Below, piece by piece: positions 56,066-64,000 of a stretch of 64,000 bases of DNA. Origin of the DNA: Eimeria praecox (taxonomy: Eukaryota); NCBI GenBank assembly GCA_963920595.1, contig OY986950.1, positions 3,844,001 to 3,908,000 on the forward strand, in the 5' to 3' direction. The notes under the pieces were generated by a model. That model made no database searches, had not been told where the DNA came from, and saw nothing but the letters and a program-made list of their open reading frames with translations. The first letter of the stretch is position 1, and each line of letters begins with the position of its first letter. Position numbers and translations under genes: made by a program.

Positions 56066-56430
56066 TTATTCAGGTGGGGTTGCTGGTGTTGTTTGCTGCT
56101 GCTGCAAGAGATCTGTTAACTGCTGCAGCGTTGCGTCAAGGCCCTGCATGTCTCCTTCGTTGTCGTCTATGTACTGTTGGGGGCCCCTACCAACAAGCTG
56201 CTGCGGCTGCAGCTGCTGCTGCTGCTGCAGCAGCTCCTCCACGATCATTCTTGCTGCTTCGTATTCATGAAGAAGAGTAAAGCAAGGAGACACACTAACA
56301 TCAGGAAGAGACAATACCCCACAAGGAGCTGCTGCTAGCTGCAGCTGTGTGCTGCTGCTGCTCACATCTTTTGCTGCTGTCATCTGCAGCAACTCCGGAT
56401 CGTCTTCCTCCTCGCAAGCAGCATCCCCTA

Positions 56431-56497
<67 letters not shown>

Positions 56498-56568
56498 AGA
56501 TAAAGCTGCGCCGTCGTCGGCGCTTGCTGCAGCAGCATCCGGTCCTGGTGCGGATGGATCTACCTCGG

Positions 56569-56599
<31 letters not shown>

Positions 56600-57433
56600 T
56601 TGCTGCTGCAGTTGCTGCTGCTGCAGTTGTTGCTGCTCTTGTTCTGCCTGTGGTGCTGCTTCAGTAGGTAGCAGCGGCACTATTGGAGATGCTGCTGCTG
56701 CTGCTGCTGCTGCAGCAGCAGCAACATACTGACTGTATCGAAAGGAGCAAAGGAAATAGCAGCTACGGAGGCCTCCAGCTGAACGCAGCAAGCCCCTCAG
56801 GACTCGCAGCAGCACAGAGCAGCAATGAGCGTCGGCCCCACAGCTGCAGCTAGCTGTACGTACACCCCGTGCTGCTGCAGACTCCTGTCCTCCTACTCCT
56901 CCTCCACCAATACAACGGGAGCGGCCAGCCCCATGGCTGCAGCATCCGCATGCACCCGAAGCAGCAGAAGCCGTCGCAGGGAATGCATGCTGCTGCTGCT
57001 GCTGCTGCTGCTGCAGCTGCTGCTGCAGCTGCTGCTGCTGCTGCAGTCCAGGAGGCCAATCGCTGCAGCAGCGAATTGCTGGTGAGCAGATATGAGATAA
57101 ATGAAGGAGGAAATATCCCTTAGGAGCAACAGCACTTGCTGCGTCTGTCTGCAGCACATGCACAGGCAGTTCTGCTTCTGCGGGGCTGCTGCTGCTGCTG
57201 CTGCTGTTGCTGCTGCTGTTGCTGTTGCTGCTGCTGCTGCTGCTGCTGTTCGAACTGCCAGAATCACCAGCAGCACCAGCAGCAGCAGCAGCAGCACGGT
57301 GTGGGGCCTCGCTGCAGGCTGCATGCGCTACAACAACACCCATTCTAAACCCAGGGCCCCCTAAGACAGGCTCTGTACAAATCGCTAGCAGCCTGCAGCA
57401 TGAAGGAATCATTGTTGTCTCCTTGTTGCCTTT

Positions 57434-57466
<33 letters not shown>

Positions 57467-57818
57467 GGGTGCTACGGGTGCTCCTGTTGCTGCTGCTGCT
57501 GCTGCTGCTGCTGGAGCTGCTGCTGCTGGAGCTGGCGCATCTGATTCGGCCGCTGCCTTCGCTCCTGTCTGGCTAGCTCGTGTTGTTGCTGCAGCCGTCT
57601 TCCTACCTCCTAATGTTGCTGCTTCTGTTTCTGCTGCTTCTGCTGCTGCTGCTGCTGCGGGCGCTGGTGTTGCTGCTGAGGGCCGAGCTGCTGCTGCAGC
57701 ACTGGACCCGTCGCGTTCGGTGTCAGTGCTATTATTACTACTTTGTATCTGTTGCTGTTGCTGCTGCCGTTCTTGCTGCTGCTGTTGTTGCTGCTGCTGC
57801 TGCTGTTGTTGTTGTTGC

Positions 57819-57851
<33 letters not shown>

Positions 57852-58166
57852 AGCAGCATTCTGTTGGAAGGGAAACAGCGATAGAATGCCTGTGCCTGTT
57901 GGCGTAGGATGAGTGGCTGTGTGTCTGGTGCTGGTATAGCCCCGCCTTCATACATTAACAGCTTTGTAAGGACTCGCTCTCCGTTGCTGCAGTGCAGCAG
58001 CAGGCTGCTGCTGCTGCGCTGCAGCCTCGCTGCCAGCTCCTCATCATCCTCCTCCCTTTCTGTCTCTGTCTCCTGCTGCCTTTCTTCTTGCTGCTCCTTC
58101 TGCTGCTGCTGCTGCTGCTGCTGTTGTTGTTGCTGATCTTGCTGCTGCAGCCGCTTCTGCTGGCCT

Positions 58167-58202
<36 letters not shown>

Positions 58203-58514
58203 GGCATATGGGGAGGAGCTACGAACTGCATCCGCTCTACAGCTGCCCCTAGCATGCAGAGGGCCCCACTAAGTGCTGCAGCACGAACGAAGGCCTGGGG
58301 TAAGTCCCCCGAGCCATAGAGAGGATACAGCAAGGGGGCCCCCTTGCAGCCATATAAGCCGCAGCCTTTAACATACAGCTGCAGTCTGCTTCTCCCTTCT
58401 TGTACACTCCAACGACGAACATGTTTGTCTCCCTTGCATTTTGTTGCTGCTGCTGCTGTTGCTGCTGCTGTTGCTGCTGCTGTTGCTGCAGGTCCTCCTC
58501 CTCCTCCTCCTGCT

Positions 58515-58551
<37 letters not shown>

Positions 58552-58712
58552 CAGGCAGCAAGGGCTCTTCACAAAGACAGACTCCGTATGTTAACAGCCT
58601 ACGAAGATGAGGGTTTAGACCTTGCTGCTCCAGGTAGCAATCCCAGCAGTCTCCTTCTTCAAGGGCTGCTGCTGCTGGATCTGTTGCTGCTGCTGCTGCT
58701 GCTGCATCTGCT

Positions 58713-58743
<31 letters not shown>

Positions 58744-59119
58744 CTGCAGCAGCAGGGGCCCCCTGCGGCCTCCAGCTAGCAGCAGAAGCAAAGGGGGCAC
58801 TGACTGTGGTGTTGGGGGGGGCCCCTACAGCAGCAACAAAGCGCATAAGAGCTCGTCTCTCTCCTAAAGATAAATAAGGAGACAGAAATATTTGTGTCTT
58901 GCTCATTGGTGTTGGCTCTAACACAATCTTCTCTGCAGCTGCAGATACACCCAAGTTGTCCCTTGGGGGCCCCCCTCCTATACCACCACCCCATGGCCGC
59001 CGTCGTGGGGGGCCCCCCCCAGAGAAGGGGGCCCCCGAGTCTGCTGCAGCAGCTTCAGCTGCTATAAAGGCATTCAAGCCAACAACTACAGATGCAGATC
59101 CAGCAGCAGACTCGCCCTC

Positions 59120-59158
<39 letters not shown>

Positions 59159-59228
59159 GCCAAGTTCCTGCTGCTGCGGCGAGCTCACCGAAGCTGCAGG
59201 TGTTTCCTCGTCTTCTTGCTGGTGTTGA

Positions 59229-59263
<35 letters not shown>

Positions 59264-59478
59264 CTCTGCTGTCAGTACAGCTGCATCGCAGGTCCTAAAC
59301 TCTAAATACCTGGCGGCCCCACTCTCTAGCAGCACATCAATGATGTTGCTTGAGGTGTATATACACCTCGGCATTATGTCTATAAGAAAGCGCGAGCCCT
59401 CTGCGATCAGCTCATGCTTCATCTGTAGTCTTTGTGCTTCTACACTGCCAGGAGGCTCCCCTGCTGCTGCTGCTGCAT

Positions 59479-59509
<31 letters not shown>

Positions 59510-59849
59510 AGCTTGAGCTGCTGCTGTTGCGGCCTCTGCAGCTGCTACCTCAACAGCCTCAGCAAGGCCCACGTCTGCCGCTGCTGCTTCGGCTACTTGT
59601 GCTGCTTCTGCTGCTTCTGCTGCTGCTTCTGCTGTTGCTACCGCAGCTGCTGCTGCAGCTGTTGTTGCTGTTGTTGCTGCAGCAGCAGATAGCGGGTAGA
59701 CAGGAGAAGACAGAGGGGGGTTGCTGTAGTCGCCCCCAAGCTCAGACAGCAGCATCTCTGCAGGCCTCCGATGATGCAGCGCAGCAGTCAGAGGGTCTCG
59801 GTGAGAGCTAGCAGTCTGCTGCAGCAGCAGCGGCTGCTGCTGCTGCTGC

Positions 59850-59881
<32 letters not shown>

Positions 59882-60749
59882 CAAGGTATCGGCAGCCGGC
59901 GAGTCCCCACCTTGTCGCTGCAGCGGCAGAGAGGAGCTGCTGAGGGGCCCTGCTGCTCCCCCGTGCCCAGCAGCATCAGCAGCAGCTGTTGCTGCTGCTG
60001 CTGTTGCTGCAGCAGGAGCAGAAGCAACAGCAGCAACAGGATGAGAGGGCTGCAGCAGCGGTGGGGGTCTTGCTGCGAGTCTGTTTGTTCGAGATGTTTG
60101 GAGTGTATCTGTTGTGCTGCTAGTTGTTGCTGTATAACTTGTCTCTGCTGTAGCATCCGTAGAGGCAGAGTCTGTGCTGCTAGCATCTGTCTCTGTCTCT
60201 TCTTCTGTCTCTCCTCCTTCTTCTTCTTCTAGTTGCTCTTCTTCACGGGGGGCCCCTGCAGGCTCTAAGAAGGGCCCAAACGAATACCATCGACGATCAA
60301 ACCCGTCCCCAAGGGGCCCCCTACCCCCCTTCAAATACCCAACACTGGACCCATCCGGGGCCCCTCCGGGGCCCCCTCCAGGGCCCCCCCCTGGGGGCCC
60401 TCCAGGGCCCCCTCCCGGAGGCCTTCTAGGGGCTCCTCTAGGGGCCCCCTCAGACCCCCTCACCCCACTAGGGGCCCCCTCAGAGGCCTCAGGGGCCCTA
60501 TCTGAGACCCCAGGGGCCCCCCCGGAGGCTCTAGTGCCCCCATCAGAACCCTCAGGAATCATCTTTGATGGGGCCCCAGGGGCCCCATCAGAGGACCCAG
60601 GGCCCCCAGGGGCCCCGCATTCAACCCCACCACCCCTAGGGGGCCCCCCCCTTAGATCATTTGCTGGGGTGGAGAGGCCTCCGTGGCTCGTCGCCCTCAG
60701 GAGGCGGACAAGCCCTAGACCGCTTCCTATGGTAGCGGGCCTGTCTATC

Positions 60750-60786
<37 letters not shown>

Positions 60787-61722
60787 TTCGGGGGCTCCTG
60801 GGCTCCCCAGGAGAGCAAGGGGGGCCCCCCTGGGGGCCCCCATCTGAGGGCCCTTCATGAGCTATAGCCTGGTCCCCTGTGGGGCCCCCCCTTGGACTCC
60901 CAGAGGCCCCTGTATCTGTTGCTGCATCGTGGCAGCAGCAGAAGCAGGGAGGCACCCCCTTCTTTAGGGACTGTCTCCTTTCTTCAGCATCGGGGCCCCA
61001 TGAGGGCCCCCCCCCTGGGCCCCCTCCTGTGGGGCCCCCCCAAGGGGAAGGGCCCCCCTTGGGGCCCCCATCAGCCCATTGCAGCAGCTCCTCGAGGCGC
61101 ATGCTGCGGTGGGGGCCCCCATATGTTAGTGATGGCTCGCATAGAAGACATAGGAGGCCCCTTCTACTGAGAGCAGCACATATTAGAGTGCTGCTGAGGC
61201 TCGAACCCGCGATGACAGCATCAACACAAACAGAGCCCCCACCAGAAGGTGGAGGGGCACGTACATAAGGACGGAATTCATATACACATACGCCCTGCTG
61301 CTGCTGCTGCTGCTGGTGGTGGTGGTCTGCCTGGTGCTGCTGCTGCTGGTCTGCCTGCTGCTGCTGCTGCTGGTCTGCCTGCTGCTGCTGCTGCTGTTGC
61401 TCGTCTGGATGATGTTGCTGCTGCTGGTCTGCCTGCTGCTGCTGCTGGTGGTCTGCCTGCTGCTGCTGCTGCTGCTGGTCTGCCTGCTGCTGCTGCTGTT
61501 GCTCGTCTGGATGGTGTTGCTGCTGCTGGCCTGGCTGTTGCTCCTGGGGTTGTTCGACTGGCTGCTGTTGCTGCTGCTGCTGGTCTTGCCGCTGCTGCTG
61601 CTGCTGCTGCTGCTGGTCTGGATGTTGCTGCTGTTGCTGGTCTTGCTGCTGCTTTACACGCTCCTGCTGCTCTCTCGGCAGCATCTGGATATCTTGTGTT
61701 TGCTGCTCTTGATCCTGCTGCT

Positions 61723-61756
<34 letters not shown>

Positions 61757-61828
61757 CGGTTGAGGCAAATAGCTGCTGTGGAGTGTAGCCGTGGAGCCGG
61801 GGGGCTCAGCATCATCTAGACGCTTGTT

Positions 61829-61859
<31 letters not shown>

Positions 61860-61969
61860 AGCTCCTGCTGCTTCTGGAGCTCTTGCTGCACCTCCTGTTG
61901 TTGTTGTTGCTCCTGCTGCTGCTGCTGCTCACGCTGCTGCTGCTGCAGCTCGTGTTGCTGCTCCGACAT
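56066..61969 (-). CDS. Rab escort protein (REP/CHM/Mrs6; GDI/REP family), ~1,967 aa, single ORF
   Basis: First ATG at 61969 (MSEQQH); the ORF-track start at 62023 is GTG. GDI/REP conserved regions in order: DAVIAGSSLSSTLICAALSRRG..YGG, RFLIDIMPR..IIDVLLESGAARYLEF, PMSKTQIF..LSLGERRALMRF, LYPLYGSGDLPQAFVRAAALSGA. The long insert after the first block and the divergence favour REP over GDI (inference). Confidence 0.85.
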
Positions 61970-62343
61970 GGCCGCATAGGGTCTCCAAGCCCCCGTTGCT
62001 GAGGTCAGCAGCTGTATATACACCTCAGAGGGAAACAGTGAACTGAGGAGGCTCTCATGCTGCTAGATATTGAAGGAGGCGGCGACAGCAGTCCCTGGCT
62101 TCGGGTCGCCTCAGCTGCTGCTGCTTTGCTGCTGCTGCTGCTGCTGCTGCCGCTGCTGCTGCTGCTGCTGCTGCTGTTGCTGCAGTTGTTGTTGCAGTTG
62201 TTGTTGTTGTTGTTGCTGCTGCTGCTGCAGTCAGTGTTGCTGCTGCTGCTGCTGCTTATGTAATTCTTGCTGCGCTGTCTGGCGATGAGCAGAAATGCAA
62301 CGGATGCGCCGACAGCAGGCGACGACACACCGATGTCTCGGCT

Positions 62344-62377
<34 letters not shown>

Positions 62378-62529
62378 CAGCAGCAGCAGCAGCAGCTTGT
62401 CCTTATTGCTGCTGCTCCTTTTCTAAGCAAACACGTAGAGAAACAAAACCAACAAGACCTGCATAAACCCCAGATAATTATTATAACGATACCTAACTAA
62501 CTCTGGGGCCTTCAGCTACCAACCCAGCC

Positions 62530-62566
<37 letters not shown>

Positions 62567-63172
62567 CGGTTCCCGCTGCTGCTGCTGCTGTTGTTGTTGC
62601 TGCTGCTGCTGTTGTTGCTGCTGCTGCTGCTGCTGTAACGAGAAGAGGCGCCAGCGCTGGGGGGTTGCTTGTCTGTTCTTCTTTCTTTACAAGAGAACAT
62701 TAATATATTTCTAAATAAGTATTAAACTTCATAATAATATAATAAATAAACAAGACAAACACAAGAGGAGGCCCCTTTGATGGATAGAGGAGAGCGCAGC
62801 AGCAGCAGCAGCAGCGGTGGGGCCTCCTACTCAGGGGGATATGCTGAGGGGTTTGAGGGTATTTGCTTCTGTGTTTGTTTCAAATTAATGTTTTTTTATT
62901 ATTTAAATGTTACTATATTCGATATCCCACACATAATATACCCTATATATAGCTAGGTACGTGCGGAACGGATAGCAGCAGCAGCAGCAGCAGCAGCAGC
63001 AGCTGCTGCTGCTGCTGCTGCTGCAACAGCTGCAGCAGCTGCGGTAGCAGCAACTGCAGCAGACACTATCAGCTGCCGCAGTATGTGTTTAATGTTGTCT
63101 TTCCCCTTGTTTCTGTAGATTCAACACCGTATTTTCTTCATGACGTTTGGCTTCCCAGCAGCAACTCATGGA

Positions 63173-63232
63173 GGTGTCTATACACCGCAACGCAAGCAAG
63201 CATCTACGCCTGTGTTGCGGTGTATAGACACC
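63173..63232. other. Perfect 19-bp inverted repeat (hairpin)
   Basis: GGTGTCTATACACCGCAAC (63173-63191) is the exact reverse complement of GTTGCGGTGTATAGACACC (63214-63232). Confidence 0.85.
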
Positions 63233-64000
63233 AGGGGGGTCTCTGTATTTCCCTGGTTGTCTTTGTATTGTGGGGGGTTGTTTATATAGTATAGGGGCCT
63301 CTTGAAAGGGGATAGAGGGCCCTTGAGGGGCACATAGCTACGAATATACTACAATAAACATAATAGAAGCTCAGGTATCTTGCTGGGCTTATCGCTGCCT
63401 CCTCAGTAGAGAAAATTTAGAGGCCCCCGGCAGGTCTTCTGTCTGTCAGCCTGGGGGTCTTAGCCGCTGCGAGCCAGCTGCGGGTCTGGCCGCAGCTAGC
63501 TGTAGCTAGCTGTGGCTAGCTGCAGCTAGCCATTCTGTGTCTGGCGGCCCGTGTGTAGTAAGTGTCTGAAGCAGGTGCTTAGGCCGCGTGCATGAGCTGG
63601 GAGGGGTCTTCCCGCTGCAGGGGGCCTTGCAGCTGAGTCTGCTGCTGCTGCTGCAGCAGACTCAGCTGAGGAGGGCTGTCTCTGGCGGCTGCTACGGGGT
63701 TGTAAACGCGCGCAAGTGTCTTCTCTCGCTGGGCTGCAGCAGCAGCAGCAACAGCAGCAGCAGCTGCTGCTGCTGCTGCTGTGAGCGGACAGAAGGAGAC
63801 ACATTCAACTACCCTATATGGGCTTCTCAGAGGCAGCAGCAGCACTAAAGGAGACAGTGTCTCCTCCAGACACCTGAAGAGATGCTGCGCTGCAGCAGCA
63901 GGACGTTGGAGACGACTCTATCGCTGAGGCAGCCAGCTAGAGGCCTTCTTAGGTGTTGTCAGCGCTGCCTACTTCACGTATAGCTGTTGCTGCTGCTGCT

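Noticed and set aside
63526..64000. Terminal exons of another gene at the right edge
   Set aside because: Only short ORFs, with no recognisable motif or phase-consistent exon chain.

Overview
Intron-rich eukaryotic DNA with the simple-repeat signature of an Eimeria-type coccidian (Apicomplexa): (CAG/CTG)n, interstitial telomere-like (AAACCCT/TTTAGGG)n, (TGCA)n, (AGCT)n, GGGGCCCC and GAGACA tracts. Most listed ORFs are repeat shadows. Manual, phase-checked splicing gives eight protein genes: the 5' part of an ABCG transporter (-, runs off the left edge), a ~3,060-aa TRAPPC10/Trs130 (+), a divergent uL30/RLP7-like protein (-), tRNA m2,2G26 methyltransferase TRM1 (+), a hypothetical protein with a BTB-like domain and collagen-like insert (+), a small signal-peptide/TM orphan (+), TFIIIC subunit Tau95/GTF3C5 (-) and an apparently intronless ~1,970-aa Rab escort protein (-). 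A repeat-poor island (~41.9-46.4 kb) holds a decayed Ty3/gypsy pol. The most unusual signals are architectural: introns whose two ends are complementary repeats, duplicated 5' splice-site cassettes 141-188 bp downstream in three genes, a dispersed GGTGTAYRTACACC palindrome, and a perfect 19-bp hairpin made of two copies of it. Family calls come from recognised motifs, not database searches; exon structures are predictions.
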